From a virus, in the IMG/VR virus record IMGVR_UViG_3300042691_033066, positions 1 to 64,000 of that record: a DNA stretch of 64,000 bases. The stretch is one strand, 5' to 3'. Both the position numbers and the translations under genes were made by a program. A model generated the notes under the pieces. It searched no databases. It was not told the DNA's origin and saw only the letters and a program-made list of their open reading frames with translations. Positions 1 through 8,957 of the stretch are shown in pieces (the first letter of the stretch is position 1; every line of letters begins with the position of its first letter).

Positions 1-50
1 GAAGACTGTGGTAATCAAGTAATTAAAACTTAAAAAAATGGAGGTCTAGT

Positions 51-107
51 ATGTGTGGATGTAATCATTGTAATTGCGTAGTTTCCACCATTAACGTAAC
101 TGACTAA
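51..107 (+). CDS. 18-aa Cys-rich small peptide MCGCNHCNCVVSTINVTD (not in ORF track)
   Basis: GGAGG at 40-44, ATG at 51, TAA at 105-107; four Cys in the first 9 codons. Confidence 0.45.
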   Translation: MCGCNHCNCVVSTINVTD

Positions 108-135
108 CAAGGGGGTGATCCTTAACAGTTACGTT
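93..135 (+). promoter_or_regulatory. RNA hairpin carrying an extended Shine-Dalgarno-like sequence
   Basis: AACGTAACTG (93-102) pairs perfectly with CAGTTACGTT (126-135) and encloses AAGGGGGTGATCC (109-121). Confidence 0.5.
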
Positions 136-167
136 CAACTAGTAACCCTTATTACTATGGAGAATCA

Positions 168-204
168 GCACGACTAGGGAGCACACGTTCTCTAGTCGTG
201 TTTC
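168..204 (+). terminator. Intrinsic terminator-like hairpin
   Basis: GCACGACTAGGGAGC-acac-GTTCTCTAGTCGTGT stem (with G-U pairs), followed by only a short T tract. Confidence 0.55.
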
Positions 205-217
205 GCTTGAGACAACT

Positions 218-1201
218 ATGAATACAAAAAAATCATTGATCACCATTACCTCGTTCACCGCAACATTTGTCGCACTCTGTGCCGCAGTGTTTTCAGTGAC
301 GGGTATTGCCAAACTGTTCGCAGGTGCTGCATTAAGTGCAGGTATCATGGCAGCAGCGCTGGAATTAGGAAAGATTGTGAGTATATCTTTCTTATATCAA
401 TACTGGAAAGAAATCCCAAAAACTCTTAAATACTATTTGTCGGTTGCTGCGATAATATTAATGGTTATTACGTCCGCGGGTATCTACGGGTACCTCTCAT
501 CTGCCTACGCTAAGGTCGCTAGCACCCCATTAGCGTTGAGTGCAGACATCCAAACAGTCCAAGGACGGGTGGGTAGTTTGGAACAAGACATCAAACGAAA
601 AGAGGACCGGCTTAATCAATTAATAACACTACGATCTCAGCAAGAAACTCGTTTGGATAATATGGTATCTAAATCCACCACAGGAAATAGTGCTACCATT
701 CGTTCGGCACAAAGTGCATTAACTGCGGCGGATAAAAATGTTACGGATCTACAAAAAGAAATAACCAACCTTTCAGCCCAGAGGGATAGTCTCAATGGAA
801 TCAGTATTAGCAAACGTGTGGAAATTGAAACAAACGGTGATATCGGAACTTTCGTCTATATTGCGAAAGTATTGGGCACTGACCTTGATACGGTGGTCAA
901 ATGGTTCACGTTCGTCATTGTATTAGTATTTGATCCACTTGCAGTAGCTCTCGTAGTTGCGGTCAATTTTCTTATAAAAAATAAAGATACCGTAGATCCA
1001 AGGGAAGAAAAAAAATATGAAATATATCCCGATGAACCGATGATATATCAAGAAGAACTTCCTACTGAATCGGAAATGATAGAAACTTCTACTATAGATA
1101 ATTTTACCGATGTAAACTTTGATTGGAATAATAAAGAGTTGTGGGAAAACAATCCCAATGCAGTTTTATATTATAATACTCGTGTAAATTCACGAATATG
1201 A
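218..1201 (+). CDS. Multi-pass membrane protein with central coiled coil
   Basis: Three N-terminal hydrophobic segments, a heptad-rich middle and a C-terminal hydrophobic segment (WFTFVIVLVFDPLAVALVV). Confidence 0.7.
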   Translation: MNTKKSLITITSFTATFVALCAAVFSVTGIAKLFAGAALSAGIMAAALELGKIVSISFLYQYWKEIPKTLKYYLSVAAIILMVITSAGIYGYLSSAYAKVASTPLALSADIQTVQGRVGSLEQDIKRKEDRLNQLITLRSQQETRLDNMVSKSTTGNSATIRSAQSALTAADKNVTDLQKEITNLSAQRDSLNGISISKRVEIETNGDIGTFVYIAKVLGTDLDTVVKWFTFVIVLVFDPLAVALVVAVNFLIKNKDTVDPREEKKYEIYPDEPMIYQEELPTESEMIETSTIDNFTDVNFDWNNKELWENNPNAVLYYNTRVNSRI

Positions 1202-1204
1202 TAC

Positions 1205-1233
1205 TTGACAAGTATTGTACAATAAGTTATATT
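1205..1233 (+). promoter_or_regulatory. Sigma70-type early/middle promoter
   Basis: TTGACA (1205-1210), 17 nt, TATATT (1228-1233), upstream of uvsE. Confidence 0.75.
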
Positions 1234-1262
1234 TAAGGTATCTCAACCAAAAGGTTACATAT

Positions 1263-2162
1263 ATGCCTCACAATGTCGGTTATTGTTGTATTAACATGAC
1301 GTTAAACAAGCAAAAAATTACTACGGGTCGTGGCATGATTCAACGCACCTTCAAAGAGAAGGGATTAAAGTATGCGTCCGAACTTGCCCTAGCTAATGCA
1401 CGTGATCTGGTCAAGATTCTCCAATGGAATGCGGACAACAACATCACCGTGTTCCGTATGGGATCGGGTATCTTCCCGTGGGGTACAGAATATGATCTGT
1501 ACGATCTTCCTAACATTAATGAAATTGCCGTTACGTTAGCAAATGCCGGCAGTTTGGCTGCACGTACCAATCAACGTGTGACTGCCCATCCCGATCACTT
1601 TGTAAAACTGGGATCGGAGAAGGAATCCGTTGTACTTAATTCTATCAAAGATCTAGAACTCCATTCCAAAGTATTTGACTTCATGGGATTGAGTAATACT
1701 CCATATAATGCTATCAACATCCACGTGGGTATGAACTTTTCCGAAGATGTTGCTAATCGGTGGATTACAAACTATCACAGACTTTCCAAGAATTGTCAAT
1801 CTCGTCTGGTAGTGGAAAACGACGACAAAGCAAACGCATTTTCTGTGCGGCAGTTGTACTATTCGTTACATACCGCACTTAATATTCCGATTACATTTGA
1901 TTATTTTCATCATGAATTCCACACAGACGGATGGACCTCCCAAGACGCAGCTCGTATCGCGGCGAAAACATGGCCGACAGGAATTAAGCCACTTTTTCAC
2001 TACAGCGAATCTAAAAATATTAATGAAGCTGTCTCTGGTAATCCTCGTGCTCACGCCGATTATGTGTTTACTCGCATTGATGATTATGGTTTGGATATTG
2101 ATGTGGATCTAGAAGCAAAAGCAAAAGAATTGGCACTCTTCAAATATCGGAGTTTAACATGA
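1263..2162 (+). CDS. uvsE: UV-damage endonuclease (UvsE/UVDE family)
   Basis: GYCCIN, FRMGSGIFPW, HPDHF, INIHVG, RLVVENDD, FDYFHH, HYSES, RAHADY, EAKAKE motifs; start moved to ATG 1263, downstream of the promoter. Confidence 0.92.
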   Translation: MPHNVGYCCINMTLNKQKITTGRGMIQRTFKEKGLKYASELALANARDLVKILQWNADNNITVFRMGSGIFPWGTEYDLYDLPNINEIAVTLANAGSLAARTNQRVTAHPDHFVKLGSEKESVVLNSIKDLELHSKVFDFMGLSNTPYNAINIHVGMNFSEDVANRWITNYHRLSKNCQSRLVVENDDKANAFSVRQLYYSLHTALNIPITFDYFHHEFHTDGWTSQDAARIAAKTWPTGIKPLFHYSESKNINEAVSGNPRAHADYVFTRIDDYGLDIDVDLEAKAKELALFKYRSLT

Positions 2163-2785
2163 TTAGTTTCGCAATTACTACACACAATGAAGGACAGTAT
2201 ATCCAAGATCTTCTTGATCAACTGGTTCCTTTTTGTGAAAAGACAGGTGATGAAATTGTAGTAGTTGATGATAACTCCACCGATTCATTTACCGTAAATA
2301 TATTGGAAGGATATGAACGGTCTGGTGCAATCAAGTTATTTAATCATGCTCTCAACAATGACTTTGCCGGTCATAAGAATTTCCTAACAGAACAGTGTAT
2401 GGGAGATTATATTTTTCAAATTGATGCAGATGAAACATTTAATTCCAATCTATTGACATATCTCCATGATATTGTAGATAATAATACCAATATTGATTTG
2501 TTTGCTATTCCTCGTGTGAATGTCGTAAACGGACTCACGGACGAAGATATCAAGCGGTGGGGTTGGCAAGTGAATGAGCAAGGATGGGTCATGTTTCCCG
2601 ACTATCAAACGCGACTATATCGTAATCATGCAGACATTCGGTGGGAAGGAAAAGTCCACGAACGTATTGTAGGACATAAAACGATGGCACCACTTCCAGC
2701 CGAAGAAGATTGGGCACTCTATCACATCAAGGACATTGATCGGCAACGCAAACAAAACGATTACTACGCAACAATCCAGAGGTAA
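2159..2785 (+). CDS. Glycosyltransferase family 2 (GT-A fold)
   Basis: ISFAITTHNE, EIVVVDDNSTD, IDADE (DxD), PDYQTRL, VHE. Confidence 0.9.
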   Translation: MISFAITTHNEGQYIQDLLDQLVPFCEKTGDEIVVVDDNSTDSFTVNILEGYERSGAIKLFNHALNNDFAGHKNFLTEQCMGDYIFQIDADETFNSNLLTYLHDIVDNNTNIDLFAIPRVNVVNGLTDEDIKRWGWQVNEQGWVMFPDYQTRLYRNHADIRWEGKVHERIVGHKTMAPLPAEEDWALYHIKDIDRQRKQNDYYATIQR

Positions 2786-2787
2786 GT

Positions 2788-3801
2788 ATGAAAATTTATA
2801 CAGCACTCACGTATGATGATATTTCACTACTGCCACAATACAGTGAGATTGAAAGCCGTCAAAAAATTGACCTAACAACTCAATTGACTAATAATTATAA
2901 TATTAGGGTACCGTTGATTGCTTCCCCAATGGATACGGTGTGCGACGGGTTTATGGCAGTTGCTATGGCACAGTTGGGCGGTGTGGGATGCATCCATAGA
3001 TTTATGCCGATTGAGCCACAAGCTCATGAAGTTAAAATGGTTCGTCGTGAAATAACGGATACAACGATACCAGTTATGGCAGCTATTGGAGCAAACGGAG
3101 ATTATTTAGAACGAGCACAAGAGTTGACAAACGCAGGTGCTAATATTATCTTAATTGATGTCGCACATGGACATCACGTTTTTGTTCGTGATGCAATTGA
3201 TAATTTAAAGAAAAATCTACCGTCACACGTAGATATTATTGCTGGAAACGTTGCGACTGCACAAGGCGCAATGGATCTTGAAGATTGGGGAGCAGATGCA
3301 ATTCGGGTTGGTATTGGAGGTGGGTCACTCTGCACGACCAGAATGAAAACAGGTTTCGGGGTTCCTAACGTTACGTCATTAGAACAGTGTGCCAACGCCG
3401 TATCTGTTCCAGTTATCGCATGCGGTGGTATCCGAAACAGTGGAGACATTGCAAAAGCACTAGCAGTTGGAGCAAGTTCGGTTATTCTGGGGTCACTTCT
3501 TGCTGGAACGAAGGAAACGCCTGGTTCAATCATTGAAAAACTAGACGGGTTATACAAGAGATATCGTGGGGCGGCTTCCTTAGAAACGAAGACGGTTCAT
3601 GGTCAAGCAACCCGAAACGTGGAAGGAGAATCTACGGTCGTCCCGTTTAAGGGTAGTGTTAAATTCGTGGTGGAAGGGCTTTTAGATGGTCTTCGGTCTG
3701 CATTGTCTTATGCCGGAGCGGATTGTCTGTCAAAGTTTACTCCAAATTATGTACAAGTTACTAATGCTGGAATGAATGAGGCTCGTCCACACCTTTTGTG
3801 A
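2788..3801 (+). CDS. IMP dehydrogenase / GMP reductase family protein without CBS domains
   Basis: LTYDDISLLP, SPMDTV, GCIHRF, IDVAHGH, AGNVAT, catalytic loop VGIGGGSLCTTR, GGIRNSGDIAKALA, YRG. Confidence 0.9.
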   Translation: MKIYTALTYDDISLLPQYSEIESRQKIDLTTQLTNNYNIRVPLIASPMDTVCDGFMAVAMAQLGGVGCIHRFMPIEPQAHEVKMVRREITDTTIPVMAAIGANGDYLERAQELTNAGANIILIDVAHGHHVFVRDAIDNLKKNLPSHVDIIAGNVATAQGAMDLEDWGADAIRVGIGGGSLCTTRMKTGFGVPNVTSLEQCANAVSVPVIACGGIRNSGDIAKALAVGASSVILGSLLAGTKETPGSIIEKLDGLYKRYRGAASLETKTVHGQATRNVEGESTVVPFKGSVKFVVEGLLDGLRSALSYAGADCLSKFTPNYVQVTNAGMNEARPHLL

Positions 3802-3808
3802 GGAAATT

Positions 3809-4333
3809 ATGAAAAAATTCATTATCGCACTTGTATTTCTAATTGGTTCTGTGTATATTGTTGATAGACTTCCAAACGTGACTTATAGTCCACTTCCGAA
3901 GTCTAAACCTACGCCGGTTGAACAGTTCATGGATAGAATTGCGTCAATTGAGACACCCGGTGGAACGCATAGAACAGTAAATCGGTTTGGTATGATGGGA
4001 CGTTACCAATTTAGTCCATCTACCGTCCGTGTATTAGGGTTTCGGGTAAGTCAGCGGGAGTTTTTGAACAATAAACACGTTCAAGACACCGTGATGCTAC
4101 GATATATGCGAGTAAATAGTCGTGAATTATCGTGGTATATTAAACGATATGATGGAAAAGTGGTAAATGGTGTCAAAATCACCCGTGCAGGTATTCTCGC
4201 GGGAGCCCACTTTGCCGGTAGTGAGGGAGTGAAGTCGTTTTTTAGAGACGGAAGTAACCGAACGGATGCCAACGGAACCACAGTAGCAAAATATATGTCA
4301 AAATTTAGTAATTTCAACCTACCAGAGATCTAA
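3809..4333 (+). CDS. Lysozyme-like (muramidase/transglycosylase fold) protein with N-terminal signal/anchor
   Basis: SD GAGGA then MKKFIIALVFLIGSV; IASIET (putative catalytic Glu) and GRYQF motif. Confidence 0.6.
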   Translation: MKKFIIALVFLIGSVYIVDRLPNVTYSPLPKSKPTPVEQFMDRIASIETPGGTHRTVNRFGMMGRYQFSPSTVRVLGFRVSQREFLNNKHVQDTVMLRYMRVNSRELSWYIKRYDGKVVNGVKITRAGILAGAHFAGSEGVKSFFRDGSNRTDANGTTVAKYMSKFSNFNLPEI

Positions 4334-4605
4334 TGACAATAGTTATTACAATTTTAAGTATAATAGTTGTTGCATTAGGATATGCAACATATAATCTTTT
4401 AAAGAAATTAGAAACTTATGAAAAAAGTATAGAGGAATTCTATACTTCATTGTCTTTTGTGCTTCACACAATGCAAGCCTTAGACGAACGAAAAATGTTT
4501 GAATCTGATGACGAAGTGGGAACGGTATTTCGGCAAATGTCTGATATATTGTTCACACTTCGTCCTATTATTTACGGAAAGGAGCAAGATGAAGAAGAAG
4601 ACTGA
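4333..4605 (+). CDS. Small single-TM membrane protein
   Basis: N-terminal hydrophobic helix and acidic tail; abuts the previous gene. Confidence 0.6.
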   Translation: MTIVITILSIIVVALGYATYNLLKKLETYEKSIEEFYTSLSFVLHTMQALDERKMFESDDEVGTVFRQMSDILFTLRPIIYGKEQDEEED

Positions 4606-5353
4606 TCTAGAAATCCGGCGTGCGAAGTTGGGAAAGATATATTTCACTGAAGACACGGAAAAGGCAATAGTACAATATAATAAATCAACTGATTTAGAAG
4701 AACGTGAGACGTTATTCAGAGAACGAATACATCCACCAATTGATAAATTAGCAGAAAACATTATTAATCGGTTCAAGTTTCCATATATTGACGGAAACTT
4801 TGAAGATATCAAAAACCAAGTCGTATCATTTCTTGTGTTAAATTTACACAAGTTCACAGAGGACAAGGGAAAAGCATTCTCATACTTCTCAGTGGTAGCC
4901 AAAAACTATCTCGTACTACATAATAATAACTCGTATCGCGACGAATTACGATCTACCTACATCGTAGACTCTTCCAGCGACGAGTCTTTTTTGTTAGAAG
5001 AAGTATTAACTACAAAGCCAGAAGTGGAATCCTCTCAAAAAGACACTAGTGATTTTGTGGAACTCCTCATTCAATATTGGGACTTCAATTTGGACCGAAT
5101 TTTTAAGAAAAAACGAGATCGGGATATTGCCAATGCAGTAGTTGAACTGATGAAACGGGCAAATACAATTGAAAACTTCAATAAGAAGGCGTTGTATGTA
5201 TTAATACGTGAAATGACTAATAATAAAACGGTTCATATCACTAAAGTTATCAATAAAATGAAACTTCATGTATTAGAACAAATGAAAGAGTATCGTCGGT
5301 CTGGATATTTGTCGGACCCCTCCATGCTTTTCGTCTATAATCAAGAAAAATAA
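4589..5353 (+). CDS. Phage late-transcription sigma factor (T4 gp55-like)
   Basis: SD AAGGAG before ATG 4589; YFTEDTEKAIVQYN and KAFSYFSVVAKNY resemble gp55/sigma region 2. Confidence 0.7.
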   Translation: MKKKTDLEIRRAKLGKIYFTEDTEKAIVQYNKSTDLEERETLFRERIHPPIDKLAENIINRFKFPYIDGNFEDIKNQVVSFLVLNLHKFTEDKGKAFSYFSVVAKNYLVLHNNNSYRDELRSTYIVDSSSDESFLLEEVLTTKPEVESSQKDTSDFVELLIQYWDFNLDRIFKKKRDRDIANAVVELMKRANTIENFNKKALYVLIREMTNNKTVHITKVINKMKLHVLEQMKEYRRSGYLSDPSMLFVYNQEK

Positions 5354-5354
5354 C

Positions 5355-5362
5355 TATTTATA
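5355..5362 (+). promoter_or_regulatory. Putative late promoter TATTTATA
   Basis: Recurrent intergenic motif about 25-40 nt upstream of structural gene starts. Confidence 0.6.
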
Positions 5363-5390
5363 GGATACACCTCTTAGTTGAAAGATTATT

Positions 5391-5777
5391 ATGGCATTTG
5401 ACACTGAAATTTTTGATGGAAAAACACTGGCTGATCTGTTCTCGGATATCTACAACAACACAGATAAAAAACGAGAACAGATTAATCAGTTTGTTGCTAG
5501 CTTTGTGAAATTGATCAAAACGCCAGAAGATGCGGCAGTTCTCGGACCTGTTATAAAAGATTTTCTGGACGTAAATGTCAAAAATGACGAACATTTGGTC
5601 AGACTTGCACAAATAGCACAACGTTTGGTGTCGGTTTCATCAAAAGGATCTTCCACTGGCGATATGTTAAGTGAAGAAGAGAAAATGCAACTGTTAAATA
5701 ATATAAAAACTGACTTTGAAACGGTTATTAGCGAACAAGACGAACTAGAAGAATCCATTCAACGACTGAAGAAATAG
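5391..5777 (+). CDS. Hypothetical helical phage protein
   Basis: 128-aa ORF following the late motif. Confidence 0.7.
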   Translation: MAFDTEIFDGKTLADLFSDIYNNTDKKREQINQFVASFVKLIKTPEDAAVLGPVIKDFLDVNVKNDEHLVRLAQIAQRLVSVSSKGSSTGDMLSEEEKMQLLNNIKTDFETVISEQDELEESIQRLKK

Positions 5778-5778
5778 T

Positions 5779-7329
5779 ATGGCATCAGGGGATAGATACG
5801 TATATCGTGAGGGTATTAGTGGTGTACTAGGATCTGCTGGAAAAACTGAGGCGCGATCCGTACCAAACCCTTTTTATGAAGCAATCGTGGTTGATGTTAT
5901 CCTTGACCACATACACCCTCAATATTCTAAGTCAGATGGATATAATGTAGGGGCAATAAAAGTACGAATATTTTCTACCAGTAATACTAGAGATGAAGAA
6001 CTTCTTGACTGGGCAGACCCATTGGATTCCACCATACAAGAAATGCCTTTGTTGGGAGAGATAGTAATATTACATAAAGTATTAGGTAACTTTTTCTACA
6101 CACGTAAAACTTTTCTTGCCCATCGTTTAAATGAAAATGCAATCTTAAATTTAAATAAAGCAATAAATAATAGATTTGAACAAACTAAGAACAAAAAAAT
6201 TTCCGGTAATGAAGAACTAACAAAAGAAAAACATAAATTTGGCGAATACTTTAAACCAGACAACAGAGTTCGTCAGCTAAAACATTTTGAAGGCGACATC
6301 CTATTTCAAGGAAGAATGGGACATTCTATACGATTTGGTTCAAGTCAAATGGATCCAAGTAGTAAAGGAATGGCTCCTAACATTATTCTACGAACGGGGC
6401 AAGGTAAAGGACTAGAAAAAGACAAAACTACAAATGAATCAATATACGGATTAATTTTAGAAGACGTAAACAAAGATGCGTCTTCTATATGGATGACTTC
6501 TGATCAAGTAGTTCCGTTTGAACCAATAACTGTAAACGCAGGAGCATTCTTTAGATCCATTTTAAATGCACCTCAAAAATTTGATAAAGCACAGATTATA
6601 CTAAACTCTGATAGAATACTTTTGAATGCAAAGAAAACTCATATCATGTTGTTTTCTAATGAAGAAATATACTTGAATAGCTTTAAAAGAACTTCAATAG
6701 ATTCTAACGAAAGTATTATACTAACTGCAAATTTAGACATACAACATAAAAGTAGTAGAAATATAGATAATGTAGCCGATGAAGATTTTACGGTGTTGGC
6801 TGCAAGTGACATATCTCTTCTTGCAGGAGAAAAAATAGCACTGACTGCCAAAAAAATACATTTGGGTGGAGTAGATAATGATACTGAACCCGTAGTTGGC
6901 GGAACGAGCTTGTCAATGTTTTTGGCAAGACTGATACAAGCAATTATGGGACTAGGAATAACACCACCACAAATACCAACCTATCAATCGGTAGGATCAC
7001 CTGTACCGACTACCATAGTCCCTCCGGTGGTAGTTCCTGGTCCGTCTGCTGCAATACACGTTATAACGCCAACTGGACCCGGTGTTCTTTCTCCCGCAGT
7101 TATAGCAGCACTAACCGCACTATATGTAGAATTAGTAGCACCGAATCCCGGTTCACAAAAACCCTTACCGTTTTCTGGTGCACCGTTTAACAGTAATGAT
7201 ACATTTATCGGAATGTCAAACCAAGATATTTCTCCTACAATAGTAAAAAACGAATTTGAAGAAGGTGAGCAAATTAAAACCGAAAATAACGAATGGTTGT
7301 TAACTGATTCTTATTATAAGGTAACATAA
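5779..7329 (+). CDS. Baseplate hub/central spike protein (gp5/gpV-like)
   Basis: OB-fold-like N-terminus (PLLGEIV), EGDILFQGRMGHSIRFG, beta-helix-like QIILNSDRILLNAK, C-terminal HVITPTGP; two genes upstream of the ORF before gp25. Confidence 0.6.
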   Translation: MASGDRYVYREGISGVLGSAGKTEARSVPNPFYEAIVVDVILDHIHPQYSKSDGYNVGAIKVRIFSTSNTRDEELLDWADPLDSTIQEMPLLGEIVILHKVLGNFFYTRKTFLAHRLNENAILNLNKAINNRFEQTKNKKISGNEELTKEKHKFGEYFKPDNRVRQLKHFEGDILFQGRMGHSIRFGSSQMDPSSKGMAPNIILRTGQGKGLEKDKTTNESIYGLILEDVNKDASSIWMTSDQVVPFEPITVNAGAFFRSILNAPQKFDKAQIILNSDRILLNAKKTHIMLFSNEEIYLNSFKRTSIDSNESIILTANLDIQHKSSRNIDNVADEDFTVLAASDISLLAGEKIALTAKKIHLGGVDNDTEPVVGGTSLSMFLARLIQAIMGLGITPPQIPTYQSVGSPVPTTIVPPVVVPGPSAAIHVITPTGPGVLSPAVIAALTALYVELVAPNPGSQKPLPFSGAPFNSNDTFIGMSNQDISPTIVKNEFEEGEQIKTENNEWLLTDSYYKVT

Positions 7330-7331
7330 TT

Positions 7332-8204
7332 ATGCCATATAACCCGCTATCAGAAGCAGCTGCTAAAAAACAACTAGAAGAATCACGTACAAAGGGACTG
7401 GAAATATTAAAAAAACGTGATGCATATCCCAAAGGTTCTACTGAATGGAAGCAATATAACGAAGAAGCTCTTCCGGAATATCGTAAATTCCAGAGAGCTA
7501 AGCTTGATTTGGAGATACACAAAGGACGAGCCGAAATAGAAAAACTAGAAGCTAAACGGGATGGGATAAGAGCAAAGTTACCAACAACAAAAGATGCTGC
7601 GTTACTTAAAAAACAAAAAGAAGCAGAAATACAAACCAAAAAAACTGAAGCAGAACAAAAGGCGCTGGAACTAAAGGATAAAGCAGTAGAAGATGGTAAA
7701 AGTAAATTAAAAAGTTTTGCTTTAAGTTTAATACCATTTCCTCCAAAACTTCCGTTAATAAATCCAAAAATATTACAAGCGGTTGCTATAGCAAAACAAG
7801 CAAAGGCTCTTATAGAAGAACGGAAAAAAAAGAGTAAAGAAAATATGAAAAAAAATAAAGAAGTATATGAATATCCGTTAAAACCAACAACACCAACTGA
7901 TGCGTCTGCTACCAAGAAAGAGGTTCCGTCAATACCAACCACAACAACTCCAAAACCACCTCCCCCGGTATACAAACCTCCAAAAACAAATTATTACGTA
8001 GAAATACGAGAACAAAAAAACGCTTGGCAAGCAGTTGTGTATTTAGCAAACCCACGTTCTTTTCAAGATACTAAGTTTTATTCAAAATCAACATACAAAA
8101 CAAAACAAGATGCTATTAATGGCATTACCACAGATGCTAAATCGTCTGGGTTGGTTGGATTACCACCGGAACCAGGCTTCACCTTTCCCGGCACTCAAAC
8201 ATAA
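7332..8204 (+). CDS. Hypothetical Lys/Glu-rich protein with Pro/Thr linker
   Basis: 290-aa ORF in the operon. Confidence 0.65.
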   Translation: MPYNPLSEAAAKKQLEESRTKGLEILKKRDAYPKGSTEWKQYNEEALPEYRKFQRAKLDLEIHKGRAEIEKLEAKRDGIRAKLPTTKDAALLKKQKEAEIQTKKTEAEQKALELKDKAVEDGKSKLKSFALSLIPFPPKLPLINPKILQAVAIAKQAKALIEERKKKSKENMKKNKEVYEYPLKPTTPTDASATKKEVPSIPTTTTPKPPPPVYKPPKTNYYVEIREQKNAWQAVVYLANPRSFQDTKFYSKSTYKTKQDAINGITTDAKSSGLVGLPPEPGFTFPGTQT

Positions 8205-8225
8205 TAGTTTTAGGAGAAATATTAT

Positions 8226-8558
8226 ATGGACAAGCAATTATTAAAAGCATACATTAAAGTCATGGTAGAAGAGGAAGTAAAACGAATTCTTCCTGAAATG
8301 TTAGCTGAAGCAGTTGCTGAAGTTAAACAATTGTCTGAAACCCGACAACCTACTGCGCAACCAAAGAAACCGGCGGTTGATCGTGGTCGTTTGGCAGAAT
8401 TGATGGGAATTACGTATGATGGAGAAACGCTAAGAGCTACTACGAACAATATGGCAATCCCACTACCAGAAAATGCTCCACGAGACGCAGATCCCGAAGT
8501 GATAAAGGCAGTTACAAAGGACTATTCTGCGTTAATGAAAAAAATGGGACTTTCTTGA
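8226..8558 (+). CDS. Hypothetical protein
   Basis: SD AGGAG; 110 aa; directly upstream of gp25. Confidence 0.7.
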   Translation: MDKQLLKAYIKVMVEEEVKRILPEMLAEAVAEVKQLSETRQPTAQPKKPAVDRGRLAELMGITYDGETLRATTNNMAIPLPENAPRDADPEVIKAVTKDYSALMKKMGLS

Positions 8559-8566
8559 GATAAACT

Positions 8567-8947
8567 ATGGCACAGGCAATTGGTATTACACTCCCCATCC
8601 AGATAGGCAACACGGGTTATTTTGAACAATCGTTTGATACCTTGACACAAGTTAAGTCAAACTTTATAAACTTGATACTTACTAGAAAGGGGGAACGTGT
8701 ACATCAACCTGAATTTGGGTGTGGTATCCACGATTATCTCTTTGAACAACTAACCCCAGAGAATATTGAAGGGGCTAGATTATCAGTTGTAGATGCAGTT
8801 GAACGATGGATGCCATATTTGGAGTTAGTTGCGTTTGAATTAGGGGCAGATCCAGAAGATTTGGACAACAATAGACTACAATTATATGTTGGATATAGAC
8901 TTAGAAAAAACCCAAATATCAGAGACTCTATCATTCTGGCGTTTTAG
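8567..8947 (+). CDS. Baseplate wedge subunit, gp25/GPW family
   Basis: NLILTRKGERVHQPEFGCGIHDYLFEQ, AVERWMPY. Confidence 0.9.
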   Translation: MAQAIGITLPIQIGNTGYFEQSFDTLTQVKSNFINLILTRKGERVHQPEFGCGIHDYLFEQLTPENIEGARLSVVDAVERWMPYLELVAFELGADPEDLDNNRLQLYVGYRLRKNPNIRDSIILAF

Positions 8948-8957
8948 GAGATAAATA

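Noticed and set aside
1-33. End of an upstream gene; KTVVIK* resembles a small heat-shock protein C-terminus
   Set aside because: Only six codons are visible and another frame (EDCGNQVIKT*) is equally open.
109-121. Possible antisense fragment of a 16S rRNA gene
   Set aside because: The match stops after GATCC and does not continue into 16S sequence; treated as an SD-like element instead.
7274-7975. 233-aa minus-strand ORF and the other short minus-strand ORFs
   Set aside because: They lie opposite well-supported + strand genes and show no recognisable motifs or SDs.
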